From the NCBI RefSeq assembly GCF_001194135.2, contig NC_068990.1:41404158-41468157 (forward strand): a stretch of 64,000 nucleotides of DNA. The letters are read 5' to 3'. The position numbers and the translations under genes are program-made. Shown in pieces: positions 27,171 through 40,052 of the stretch. The notes under the pieces were generated by a model that was not told where the DNA came from, did no database searches, and saw only the letters and a program-made list of their open reading frames with translations. The stretch comes from Octopus bimaculoides. Its lineage: Eukaryota. Positions within the stretch are counted from its first letter, which is position 1. Every line of letters starts with the position of its first letter.

Positions 27171-28300
27171 ATTTTTAAAACTTTTAACATCTTTTCTTCT
27201 TCATCTTTAATTCTTTGTGAGCTTCGATAGGATAAGAATGCTCTTAACACACCTTATACTTGTTGCATTTTCAGCTAACAAAAGTTAGCTAACAATGTAA
27301 TATGAAGAACCTTCATTAGTAATTAAACTTTGTAACCCACCAAAATAAAGGATGAAATAGAACTCAACATTTTCTCATATANNNNNNNNNNNNNNNNNNN
27401 NNNNNNNNNNNNNNNNNNNNNNNNNNNNNNNNNNNNNNNNNNNNNNNNNNNNNNNNNNNNNNNNNNNNNNNNNNNNNNNNNNNNNNNNNNNNNNNNNNNN
27501 NNNNNNNNNNNNNNNNNNNNNNNNNNNNNNNNNNNNNNNNNNNNNNNNNNNNNNNNNNNNNNNNNNNNNNNNNNNNNNNNNNNNNNNNNNNNNNNNNNNN
27601 NNNNNNNNNNNNNNNNNNNNNNNNNNNNNNNNNNNNNNNNNNNNNNNNNNNNNNNNNNNNNNNNNNNNNNNNNNNNNNNNNNNNNNNNNNNNNNNNNNNN
27701 NNNNNNNNNNNNNNNNNNNNNNNNNNNNNNNNNNNNNNNNNNNNNNNNNNNNNNNNNNNNNNNNNNNNNNNNNNNNNNNNNNNNNNNNNNNNNNNNNNNN
27801 NNNNNNNNNNNNNNNNNNNNNNNNNNNNNNNNNNNNNNNNNNNNNNNNNNNNNNNNNNNNNNNNNNNNNNNNNNNNNNNNNNNNNNNNNNNNNNNNNNNN
27901 NNNNNNNNNNNNNNNNNNNNNNNNNNNNNNNNNNNNNNNNNNNNNNNNNNNNNNNNNNNNNNNNTTATCAAGCGCTACCTGCTACAGAGTACAACTTATA
28001 AATAATTTGGCTCCTTTTTCTAATTAGAAGGCAGTTTATTCCATTTCCGCTAGACTTACCTCTAATTAGCTGCAAAGGCACTACACCCCACAACACCATG
28101 GCTATACCACTCACAACTGCACCAGCGCCGCAACCACCACCGCCACCACAACCACCACCACGACTACCACCACACCGCCACCTCACCACAACATTACAGT
28201 GACCACCCTAACACAGTCCCTAAATTTTGCATGGCCCGACGTCCTCAGTTGCTAAGCAACCCTCCACACTATTTTGACCACGATTAGTATAATGACGCAT

Positions 28301-28514
28301 AAGGCATCGAGCTGGCAGAATCGTTAGCATGCCGAACAAATTGCTTAGCACCATTTCGTCCGTCTATATGTTCTGAGTTCAAATCTCGTTGAAGTCGACC
28401 TTGCCTTTCATCCTTTCGGTGTCAATGAAATAAGTACCAGTTAAGCACTGAGGTCAATGTAATCAACTTGGCTCCTCTCCTAAAGTTACTAGCCCTGTGC
28501 CTAAATTTGGAGCC
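28301..28514 (+). mobile_element. SINE family B
   Basis: aaggcatcgagctggcagaatcgttagc..gttctgagttcaaat..gcctttcatcctttcgg. Confidence 0.85.
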
Positions 28515-29024
28515 ATTATTATAATGTCACTAACATACGTTAAAACAATATGACAATGCAAGATACTCTCAGCACTACGTCAACACATCTTCCCACTACG
28601 TCAACACACCTTTCCACCACGCCCTCCTTGTCAGTATCATATCGCCATACCAGACATTCGATATTTTATAAATAGTTTTATAGATATTTCGTTCAAAGTT
28701 CCTGTTTTATTTCTCGCACATTAACTTGTGTAGGTTGAATTATGCAAAATGCTAGAGAAAGTAACGTAGCTGTTTCTTGCATTATATACCAGCAACTTTT
28801 TTCAGGGGCTCTTGAAATTCTATTGTGGATCTCAATTTACTATTTTGGGATCTAGTTGGTTTGGCTGCCAGCATTTCAAAATTTAAATGTTATCAAACAT
28901 TTTAAAATTTGCCTCAATAATATACTTTTCCAAGCTGAATTGTTGGAGTTATTTCTCTTTTTAACGAAAAAATGTTTTAAAAAAGTTATAAAGGTTTAAA
29001 ATTATGATTATCATTATTATTAAA

Positions 29025-29096
29025 GTGACTGCTTGGAATTGAACTCGGAATCTTGGGATTAGTAGACCGCGCTCTTAAACCACTGTGCCATATGCC
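29025..29096 (-). mobile_element. Isolated tRNA-derived SINE head or tRNA pseudogene
   Basis: Minus strand has A-box TGGCACAGTGG and B-box-like GAGTTCAATTCC but no acceptor stem. Confidence 0.55.
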
Positions 29097-29989
29097 CGTG
29101 GGTAATTACAGAGTGAATTTTAGGGCTTATAAATCTAATGTTTTCCTATCCTTCCTTAATACCGGTACCCATATGCTATTCATATCTGCACTCGGTCTGC
29201 ATAGGAGGTTGTTGTGTCCTAGCATATGTACTGCTTCTTTTAGTTTTCTTACTCTCTAGTGGTGTTGTCTGTCTATTACTTTGACTTCATTCTACAGGGG
29301 GAGGGGGTCTCCTTTTTTCCATACATGATCAGCTATATCCGATTTATCAATATCTCCTCGTGTCACAGCTTTGCGATGTTCCTCTATCCTTATTTTGATG
29401 GGGTGGCATGTTTCACCTTTGTATAACCTACCACAGCTCCATGAGATGAATGAAGTATATGCAGTTTTTGGTCATATTCTCTTGTATTGCTGGTTTTACT
29501 CGAAGAAGACATTTATTTATTGATTTATAGCTAAAATGGTTTTCACGTCATTCATTAGCCTATAAAAGTGTATCATTACACTGAATATGAAACCAATTCG
29601 AACAGAACTAATGCTGGCAGCCAAACCGACTAGATCCCTATTTTGTTGCATGGACCCCCGATATGAACCCTCAGGTGCCATATGGATATTCAGTGACTAT
29701 ATGGACCCCGTTGAGGACCACTGGTTTTCGTTGTCCCCGTACATAGAAAAAATGCAGAGTTGTCATGGTTAGCTTGCCCTTAAATCTTAGGTCCGTTCAT
29801 TCGGGGTTGATCTGAGGCTAAGCCGCAATAACAGCTCATATTACTTCTACAACACTGACACACAATGTCACCGTACCACCACCTCCATTATGGCACTTCT
29901 ACTGTGTTATATACTTACTGCAACACTAAACCACTATTTCCAATTTTAGATTGAAATAACATAAAATTGGTTTCTGTCTACCTCTACCT

Positions 29990-30380
29990 CTACACCACCA
30001 CGACCACCACCACCACCACCACACCTACAATATTACTATCAACAAAATCACTACTATCAGTACTACGACATCTTCCATTCTGACTGCTGTCTCCATCACT
30101 ACTACTACCCTATTTTTACTGCGATCACCACCAGCATTAACACTATCACCATGCACCACAATATTCACCCCCACCATCATCATCATATCTACCACCACCA
30201 TAATGTTGCCATCAACAGCACAAACATATAACGTACCACTGCCACCAGCATCCTCAAATCCTTCCCCACGATGACGATCAACCCCTACCCACCCACCACA
30301 CCACGGCTGTCTTCATTACAACGGGCGCTGCTACTACCATCGTCATCATCATGACCACTCACTATCGTGTTTACCGTCAT
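29990..30380. repeat. Degenerate (CAC/CAT/TAC)n low-complexity tract
   Basis: Direct reading of sequence. Confidence 0.8.
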
Positions 30381-31051
30381 CTTTGTACCTAACTATATAG
30401 CTGAAGTAGAGTTATCCAAGGCCATATAGTAAAAATAATAAGAGTACTTCCAAACACAGACACACAAACATACACGCACATACATATATATATATATGTA
30501 TACGACGGGCTTCTTTCAGTTTCCGTCTACCAAATCCAGTCAACGAGAAGGGGTACGGATGGACATTTATTTTTCAATCATTACAATTGTTTCCACGCAA
30601 CGTAGTTCTCCAGCAGTGCAGGTACTTCATTATGCAACTGTTTCCCTGCATTATGAAATCTCGTTGTTTTTCCTCAGGCTATATGTAAATATTGTCTCCG
30701 TAAGTTTGAAATTCTCTGCTTCAAGAACATTAACTCTGTAGTGGCCTGACTTTAGTTGTAGTCACTGAGCTTTTCAGGATGTGCTGATGTTGAGGGGCCG
30801 TCGGCAAATAGCTCTGAATGTGTAGATGTGGTGGGATGGTGATCCTGCTACTCTTAAAGTGGTTGCCGTTTTAAAGGGATTGGCATTGTATTTCTTTTTA
30901 CTGCTGATTTATTCTTCATGGTTGGTTACACATGCGATTTTCATTAGCCGACCTTTAAGGTCGGCTAAGGAAAATCACTCGGACACATACACGTATACAT
31001 ACGCGCACACACATACACACACACATATATATATGCATGTATGTATATGTT

Positions 31052-31258
31052 TGTGTGTCTGTGTTTGTTCCCCACTATCGCTAGACAACCGATGTTGGCG
31101 TGTTCACGTCCCCGTAACATTAGCGGTTTGGCAAAAGAGAGTGATAGAATGAGTGCTGGGTTTACAAAGAATAAGTCCTGGGGTCGATTTCTTTGACTAA
31201 AGGTGCTGCTCCAGCATAGCCGCTGTCAAATGACCGAAACAGATGAAAGAATGAAAGA
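31052..31258 (+). mobile_element. SINE family A, tail
   Basis: tgtttgttcccc..gacaaccgatg..aagaataagtcctggggtcgatttctttgactaaagg. Confidence 0.8.
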
Positions 31259-31277
31259 ACACTACGTTGCGTGGAAA

Positions 31278-32202
31278 CAATTGGGATCTTTATGATTTGA
31301 CGGGCAACACTTGTTTTTTTAACGAAACACTTTCAAACTTGGGACACTGGTAGAATGTGTCATACAAAACAACTTTTTCTCTTAGCCTTCTTAACAAAAA
31401 ATTGTACATCGCAAGTTATTTCATGTTAAAGTTGTCGTGTTTCTGTAATTTCAACCAATCACTGACGTCTATTCAGCTGAATACAGTCAGTGCTCTTTTT
31501 ATAAACAATAAATTTTGGCCGGTCATAAAAATGTTATTCCCTGTGACATATTTCATCCGGTTTAATCGAAATTTATACGCATATATTGTTTATATAATAA
31601 ATTACNNNNNNNNNNNNNNNNNNNNNNNNNNNNNNNNNNNNNNNNNNNNNNNNNNNNNNNNNNNNNNNNNNNNNNNNNNNNNNNNNNNNNNNNNNNNNNN
31701 NNNNNNNNNNNNNNNNNNNNNNNNNNNNNNNNNNNNNNNNNNNNNNNNNNNNNNNNNNNNNNNNNNNNNNNNNNNNNNNNNNNNNNNNNNNNNNNNNATT
31801 TGAAGAAGATTTAGCTGCTATTTCTAGGAAATGAAGCACTTGGTGGAGGTGCATTAATAATTCTGCCAGCTCCAATAACAAGTGCAGGCAATATTCAAGT
31901 ATTTTGATGGCTTTTTCCCCTTTGTTTACGAACAGTCTAGTTAATCGGAAATGTCAGAACTAACGGGGATTAATACCATATACACCGTCACAGCACTAAC
32001 TGTATTCAACTGAATAGACGTCAGTGATTAGTTGAAATTATCGAAATAAGACAATGTTTAACGTGAAATAACTTCGAATACAAAATTTTTTATCTGTTTT
32101 ATACCACAAAATATACAAGTATACGAAGTTTGAAAGTGTTTCGGTACCAAAAACACTACATAAAAAAATGTTGCCCGTCAAATCATAAAGATCCAACAAT
32201 TG
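31278..32202. mobile_element. Long-TIR DNA transposon or fold-back (about 215-bp arms) spanning an N-gap
   Basis: ggatctttatgatttgacgggcaaca (31284) versus tgttgcccgtcaaatcataaagatcc (ends 32194); inner arm blocks also pair (31411-31494 with 31992-32076); TA on the right flank suggests Tc1/mariner. Confidence 0.75.
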
Positions 32203-33574
32203 TAGTGAGTAAGAAATAAATGTCCAACGTTAACCTTCTTTTTTCAATTATATGTTCACACACGACAGATGCTCAAACACAGGGTAAAGCTGAAGGTGGA
32301 CGAGCTTTGTACTTTACTCCTCTACGTTCTTATACAATTCATACATACATTCATACATATTTTTTTGATAAATAATGTATATATAAAGACATGTATAAAC
32401 AAGGTCTTACACACAAGAGTATGAAAAATTATACAAAATTTATTATCTTCCTTTCCTATTATGAATATTTAAACCAAACTACCCTTTTTTTTTATTTTCT
32501 CTTCTCATCACAGCGTCCCTCCATCGTCTTGATGCTTGCTAAAATTTTACTTCCTGTTTTACCTTCCCCTCCCTTCGACTCATCTTTCCCCTCTTTCCTT
32601 TCCTTTATCATTTTCTAGTCTTTAATTTATTTATTTGATTTGATTTTTGATATTTTATTGTTTATTTTACAGAGATTTGGCGTTTAGTTCTCCTTTACCC
32701 ATCTTTTCCTACTATTTTATCCTGCTTCATCCCTTTTTCTTTTCTTTTTTTCAACAGCAGCAGTAGCAGCAACAGTAGTCACCCTCTCCTACCACTACTC
32801 GCACAACACACACAACCATACATACACGCTCGCACACACTCGTTCACACACACATACATACACACTCTGTCGCTTCCGGTCTGAGGCCTTTAACGCCCTT
32901 CCTGACACTATGTCCGACTTAGTGACGCCAAAGCCCCAGCTTAACTTTAATCACCAAAACCAATGTAATACAAAAGTCTGCAACACCCATCCTAAATCTG
33001 TTTGTCTGTCTGAATGTCTGACTGTCATTCTCTCTCCTTCTCTCCCTCTCTCTCACTCTCTCTCTCTTTATCTCTCTCTCTCAGACTCTCTCACCGTTTT
33101 CCTCTACTCTGAAGTTCTTAGAATTTCTCTTTGATTGTTGATCTTTTCTCATTCAAATTCCAATGAATCATATACACATACATACAACCATTCATGTACT
33201 ACTTATACATACATACGAGTACACATTTTTATACATATGCATAGATACATTGCTACATACATACACACATACATACATACATGTGTATGTGTGTGAGTGT
33301 GGAGAGAGAAATAGAAAGATGTACATAGGTAGGTAGATATACTGTGAAATGTTAGGTTGTACTACTCACTGATAATTATTGGCATGGCTGCGTGGTTAAG
33401 AAGCTCATTTTGTAACTACGTGGATTTGAATTTAGACCCATTGCGCGGCGCTTTGGATAAGTAACCCCAGGCCAATGAATGATTTCACAGTCAATTCGGC
33501 AGATGGAAACTGTGGAATCCCAACACACACGTACTGTTGGTGATATTTTTCCTTTTCAGAATTTTTTTGTTTTC

Positions 33575-33609
33575 TTTTCTGACGAAGAGAACTGTTCGAA
33601 ACGTCAAAA
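33575..33609 (+). ncRNA. Minimal type-I hammerhead-like motif (PLE-type)
   Basis: tttt-CTGACGA-a-gag/aactg/ttc-GAAA-C-GTC-aaaa: canonical CUGANGA and GAAA, 3-bp stem II, palindromic ACGT in place of stem III, GUC triplet. Confidence 0.5.
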
Positions 33610-33639
33610 ACCTTCTCCGTTTTTCCATATATAGTTGGA

Positions 33640-33773
33640 ATTTACAAAAAAAAAGAAAGACAAAGAAAGGTGTATAAACAACAAACAGGCGTATTAGTTT
33701 AACGCTCGGGAAGGTGAGAAAGTCTTTTACGTTTCGAACCTACGCTCTTCAACAGAAAGGAACACGAGAAAAT

Positions 33774-33790
<17 letters not shown>
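33640..33790 (-). mobile_element. PLE pseudo-LTR-like repeat carrying a hammerhead-like motif
   Basis: Minus strand cttt-CTGTTGA-a-GAGC/gtag/GTTC-GAAA-C-GTA-aaag; homologous to 44225-44370, which lies downstream of the PLE ORF. Confidence 0.6.
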
Positions 33791-33811
<21 letters not shown>

Positions 33812-34279
33812 AAAAAAGCTTTAGTGGCTAGCGGTCGATCATAGTGGCTTATATATATATATATACAAGTGATGCTATCTGTGGGATTCTCAGCTTTTTT
33901 AGCTGCTATATCTGAACTTCGGTATGTGGTGAAGCAAATATTTGCTGATCCCTTAATTNNNNNNNNNNNNNNNNNNNNNNNNNNNNNNNNNNNNNNNNNN
34001 NNNNNNNNNNNNNNNNNNNNNNNNNNNNNNNNNNNNNNNNNNNNNNNNNNNNNNNNNNNNNNNNNNNNNNNNNNNNNNNNNNNNNNNNNNNNNNNNNNNN
34101 NNNNNNNNNNNNNNNNNNNNNNNNNNNNNNNNNNNNNNNNNNNNNNNNNNNNNNNNNNNNNNNNNNNNNNNNNNNNNNNNNNNNNNNNNNNNNNNNNNNN
34201 NNNNNNNNNNNNNNNNNNNNNNNNNNNNNNNNATCCACTGATTATTGAAACAAGTATAAGACAAAATATATCTTGAACT

Positions 34280-34323
<44 letters not shown>

Positions 34324-34926
34324 CATATTAATTGTGTGTGTGTATGTTTGTATGTGTGCGTGTGTGTGTGTGCGTGTGCGTGTGTGTGTGTGAGTGTGTG
34401 TGTGTGTGTGTGTGTGTTTGTGTGTAGGAAAACAATCGGTGAAATCACCTTATAGTCTAACGCTTCAAACAATCACATTTGCCGTCTTTCTGAATATTCT
34501 GTGAAGTTTTCAAGACGCATACATCGTGTATTTGACTATTAAATGATTCCATGTGATGTAGTGTCGTTCAGCGCTAACGAAATTTTAGCTAATGTTGAAC
34601 TAAATCATACAGATATAAAATATTTCAATTATGAAATTTAATCCTATTATATAATATGAAATCACAAGCTCCATCAAACTGCTGAATGCTATTATTTCGT
34701 TTGCTTGCTCCTTTAGTGGTTAAATATTGGAATGTTGTGATACATGTACACACACTTACATGATCCCCTATACATAACAATGTAGTCACAACACCCTTCC
34801 ACTATGTAATCAATGGCTGCACATCTATTAGTTTATATACAGTTCTTTCACATATTAAAATTGATATGTTTGTAACTGAATTTGTCAATGTATATGCGTG
34901 TGTATATGTGATCAAGCGGCAAGCTA

Positions 34927-34963
<37 letters not shown>

Positions 34964-34973
34964 NNNNNNNNNN

Positions 34974-35010
<37 letters not shown>

Positions 35011-35013
35011 ATA

Positions 35014-35194
35014 TTTCACCGTATATTGACTATAGAAAATAGTCAAATATTAGGGCATAGAAAGCCCCCACTGCAAAAAAAGTGAGCATTAGCGTGCGTG
35101 GGATGCCCATTCCCACACGTACCAATGCTCACTTTCTCTCATGGACTTGTATGCCCTTATATTAGATCTCCTCTATCGTCAATATGCGGTGAAA
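35014..35194. mobile_element. Small MITE with about 45-bp TIRs and an internal hairpin
   Basis: tttcaccgtatattgac..tattagggcata versus tatgcccttata..gtcaatatgcggtgaaa; internal aaagtgagcatt/aatgctcacttt; a solo end occurs at 14746-14793. Confidence 0.7.
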
Positions 35195-35499
35195 GCTTAT
35201 AATTATATTTACAAAAGTTTCACTTGTTATCGTTTCTTAACTTAGGCAGAGTATCAATATTCATGCACACGCACACACAGACACACACACACATACACAT
35301 ACACACACATACATGCACTCTCACAGCTATAAAAACGGACAGTTATGAACATAACCATTGCTCAGCCGCTTAGTTGTACCGCTATGTCCTTTAAAATATG
35401 CCTGCGGAAGTAGAACAGATCGGGATCCATACCTGTGCAATATTAACATAGCATTCACAATAACAACGACAATAACTACATTTAACCATTGGTATATTT

Positions 35500-35700
35500 T
35501 ACTTACTTTAGTCATTAAAATGCAGCCATGCTGGGACACAGCCTTCAAAGGTTTTAGTCGAAGAGATGGACCCTAATATTCTTTGTTTCGTTTTTGAAAG
35601 TTAGGTACTTATTCTATCGGTTCTCTTGCCGAATTGCTTTGTTTAGAGGACGTGAACAAAATGATATCGGTTGTTAAGCGATGATAGGAGGAAAACAGAA
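35500..35700 (-). mobile_element. SINE family A, tail fragment
   Basis: tagtcatt..gcagccatgctgggacacagcc..ttagtcgaagagatggaccc..cttattctatcgg. Confidence 0.65.
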
Positions 35701-36816
35701 AGACAGCAGAAATCTTGTGTTGTGTCTTCATTATCATGTTTCAGCTTCATGGATGAAGGTTCATGCTGCATGAAGTGGGCTGTCCTTGTTTGCATCAGGC
35801 TCACTCATCGCTGGCAAGGCCAATAAAGGGCAGGTAATCCTAGCCGTTAAACTGCTAGGGAAATTCAGTGCTAGGTTCAATGCCGGTATTTCACGGTCCC
35901 TTCTTTAATGTTGCTGTGTCTTCGAAGCCAGTTTCAAGAAAGTGGGATCTTGAAGGAAGGTGAGAGACCGTTGAATATTGTGCCAGATATAGCTAGCAAG
36001 TAAAACATGGGTGCAATTGTTGGTATGGATTATAATCTTATGAAAATCTTGTGATAGTGATGTTACTAAAGCCACATAAGTCTTTAGTGGGAACACTGAA
36101 TAAATCGTGGTAGCCAGTGGAATTGTGGTGAAGAATTTAACTCTAATATAAAAGTATAGTCGTGTGATGTTAAAATGAAGCAAATTATAGTTTCATAATG
36201 GCTGTTGCAACGTTTAGGCAACAAAAGAACTTTAGTAAACACACTATCACAGTTTAGTTCGTGTGATTAAGGAAGCCCATAAATATTCTCTTCCCATTTA
36301 CTTTTTATTCGAACTGGTGACAACAACGAGAAACAGCCTAATTCGGTATGAAAATGGCGATGGTCAGGGAACTAGTTTCATGAAAATTATATTAAAACAA
36401 GTAAGAATATAGAGAGAATCTTAGTTCGGTAGGAAAATAGCAAACATGCATTACAGGTGGATGTAGTTAGGTGGTCGACGGTACTGAGATTGAAGGATAT
36501 CATCAATACGTGAATAGAATAATCTTGAATAAAGTAAAGCAGTTGAGCCGGTGTGTATGGAAGTTAAACACCAGCCTAGTGGCTGATAATTGTAACAGTT
36601 ACATGTATATTTGAACAAGGGAACTGGACAGATATTCTCAGTGATTGTTACATCAATCTACTTACTGACTGATGTCTATTGTTGAGGTGTTTACTAACCT
36701 ATTATCCAGGTTATATTTACAACTCTCTAGTTCATTAGTCCAATATCTCAATGGAAAAAATACATTGGCATCTGCAGATCTCTTCTCCATTGCATTGGTA
36801 ACCGAGTTAGAATCAT

Positions 36817-36893
<77 letters not shown>

Positions 36894-37068
36894 TACACAC
36901 ATTCATACATATACATTATAATATTATATAATAAATTATATTATTGTATTATTTTATATTATATCATATTATATTATATTATATAACACACATGTACACA
37001 CGCATGTCAATACTCTTATACTTCACTCATTATGCCGTATATTTGTTTATTCAATATGTAGCTCAAAC

Positions 37069-37500
37069 AAGGCAGTGAGCTCGCAGAAATGTTAGCACAC
37101 CGGGCGAAATGCTTAGCGGTATTTCGTCTGCCGCTACGTTCTGAGTTCAAATTCCGCCGAGGTCGACTTTGCCTTTCATCTTTTCGGGGTCGATTAAATA
37201 AGTACCAGCTACGCACTGGGGTCGATATAATCGACTTAATCCGTTTGCCTTTCCTTGTTTGTCCCCTCAGTGTGTAGCCCTTTGTGGGCAGTAAAGAAAT
37301 AAGAAGCGTTAGCACGCCGAACAAAATGCATAGCGGTATTTCGTCTGATTTTACGTTCTGTGTTCAAATTCCGCCGAGGTCGACTTTACCTTTCATCATT
37401 TCGGCGTCGATAAATTAAGTACCAGCTACGTATGGGGTCGATCTAATCGACTGGCACCCCTCCCCCCAAATTTCGGATCTTGTGCCTAGAGTAGAAAAGA
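37069..37500 (+). mobile_element. Tandem dimer of SINE family B
   Basis: Two head-to-tail units; the second starts at cgttagcacgccg near 37307; the two units have different tails. Confidence 0.9.
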
Positions 37501-38244
37501 ATATGTAGCTCAAACGAATAATACCTATCTAGGTACTGACATCTAAGATCTCAGTTGACCAGTAGATTCAGTGGATGGTATCAAATAAGGTTAAATTGAC
37601 ATCACTAGATTTAAAAAGAAGCCTGCAAGTCATTGTCCTCCATTTTTAATTTTCTGACATATCACAAGGTAAGTGAGAATATTAATAGTAAAGAAACTTA
37701 CGTAATTAAAAACGTCTGAAAAATGCCCGAGGCCCCTAATATTTAGTTGAGCAGCATTAGAGCTCATGAAACGTGGTGCAACATTCTACATATTACATAA
37801 CATGCTACAATGTCAGAAAAATATAAAGGAAAATAATAAAATAATGGAAAATTTGGGCCCTAAAACTGTGATAAAAAGCATTTGTAATTATTTCGTTTCG
37901 AAATAGAATTGATAGTTTTTTTTTTCTTTTTATCTTCCTGTCTTTTTCTCTTTTTTTTCTGTATTTTTCTTGTATTTGATTTTATTAAGTTATTCATGTT
38001 TACTTCTTTCTTTCTTTCTTTCTACTTTTTTTTTTACTTCCTTTCCTGTATTTTTTTCTTTCTTCTTTCTCCATTACTTTCAGTTTAGAATTTGCTTTTT
38101 CATTTCATTCTTTTTTTTATTTCATTTTGTAGTCTTTCAATTTTAATATCTTTTCTTTGAGTCTCCTGCTTTTCCTCCCTTATAACTGCATCTCTTTCTT
38201 TCTCTCCCTCTCTCTCTCTGTCTGTCTCTCTTTCTCTCCCTCTC

Positions 38245-38294
<50 letters not shown>

Positions 38295-38596
38295 CAGTCA
38301 CATACATGCATATATACTATATACTTATAGACATACATATATACATGTATACGTATAATATATATATCATATAACAGAATATGATATTATATACATATGT
38401 AAGTATATATGTGTGTGTATATATATATATGTACGTACGGCATTAATGACAAAAAGTCGTGCAGCCTTTAGGCCAGCTCTTAGATAATAAACATTTTTTA
38501 TGAGTCTATGTCTAAGCTGGTATATGAATATGTACGTTTAAGAACTTCCGTACATACATGCACACTCGCATATATCCTATACACGGACACATACAT

Positions 38597-38628
<32 letters not shown>

Positions 38629-38751
38629 TGTATGTATGTATGAATGTATGTATCTATATGCATGTGTGCGTGAATATATTTATTCGCGCACGCATACTCA
38701 CACTATCTCTCTGCTCCATTACTCCTGTCACTCTTACTTACTCTCTTTCCC

Positions 38752-38793
<42 letters not shown>

Positions 38794-39594
38794 ATCGGCT
38801 ATGCGAAGGCTCTCAAACAGCCGGTAAACCATTGGTCAACCATCTCTTTCATAACCAAGGTAAAAGAATTGGTTGCTTTGTAGTCAAGGTAAGAAAGTAA
38901 AAGAAAAAAGTATATTCACTTACTGCAGCAAATTGCAGGAGCACTGCATAAATGACACGGCTCTTATTTTACAGTACAGTTTCTAAATGTTTAAATATTT
39001 AATTTAAGCAGTTTTGACATCAAAGGGCTGATTTACTCTAGTTACAATGCGCATGAGGACGAAGTTTATTAGGTCAGCGACGAAGTCCCTCTGGAGGTTT
39101 TAATATTTGCTGAATCTGAATTAAAAGGAGCAGTGCCTCTTCTTCCAGGCCCTCTGAAACCGACCTGCTTGAAGCCGTTAATCTTCTCTTTAGATTGTTG
39201 TAAATCAGCAAATGTTTGTAGAACACAAGCTGGGAAGAAAAGCTAGGGTGATGGTTGTCAGTAAATAGACAGACTGAGTATAGAGGTTAGCGTGGGACAT
39301 GTGGTTGATGCGCTGTTCGATGAAAAAGTACCGAAAAGTAAAGAGACGGGTGAGACCGAATGAAGGAAGTACAAGATTAGCAACCCTACCCCGTGTGACA
39401 GAGGGATTACAGAAGACAGATAATGGCACAGAAAGCCAGGGACGTTTCGGCGAATCTGCCTTAACTTACGCCATGCCTTCTAAACTGAAGGACATAGAGA
39501 ATAGCATTTATGGTATTCAGGATGGTGATGGTGAGAGAACAACTTGATCACCTACACGTTTGATCAAGTAACACAGCAACATCTATTATAATGG

Positions 39595-40052
39595 TTTGAA
39601 ATTTTTGGCACAACCAGCAAAACCAGCAATTTCGGGGTATGTAGTAAGTCGATTACATCGACCCCAGTGTCAAACTGGTACTTACTTTATCGACTCCAAA
39701 AGAATGAAAAGCAAAGTCAATCTCGGTGGAATTTGAACTCAGAACGTAAAGGCAGACCAGATGCGACTAAGCATCCTGCTCGCCGTGCTAACGATTCTGC
39801 CATCTCGCTGCCTCACAAACTACTATAATAATGTTTTCTACTCTAGGCACAAGGCCTGAAACTTTGGGGGAGGGGGCCAGTCAACAGTCAATTAGATTGA
39901 CCCCAGTACGCAGCTAGTACTTAATTTATCGATCCCGAAAGGATGAAAGGCGAAGTTGACCTCGGCGGAATTTGAACTCAGAACATAAAGACAGACAAAA
40001 CACTATAAACATTTCGTCAGGTGTGCTAACGTTTCTGCCAGCTCGCCGCCTT
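39595..40052 (-). mobile_element. Two adjacent SINE family B copies (39595-39813 and 39835-40052)
   Basis: Reverse-complement family B heads ending in gctcgccgcctt and tctcgctgcct. Confidence 0.85.

Noticed and set aside
29025-29096. Functional tRNA gene
   Set aside because: A and B boxes are present but there is no acceptor stem or proper cloverleaf; treated as a SINE head
39280-39400. RL-W-GHV..KRRVRP resembling a LINE C-terminus
   Set aside because: Needs several frameshifts over very few residues; not distinguishable from chance
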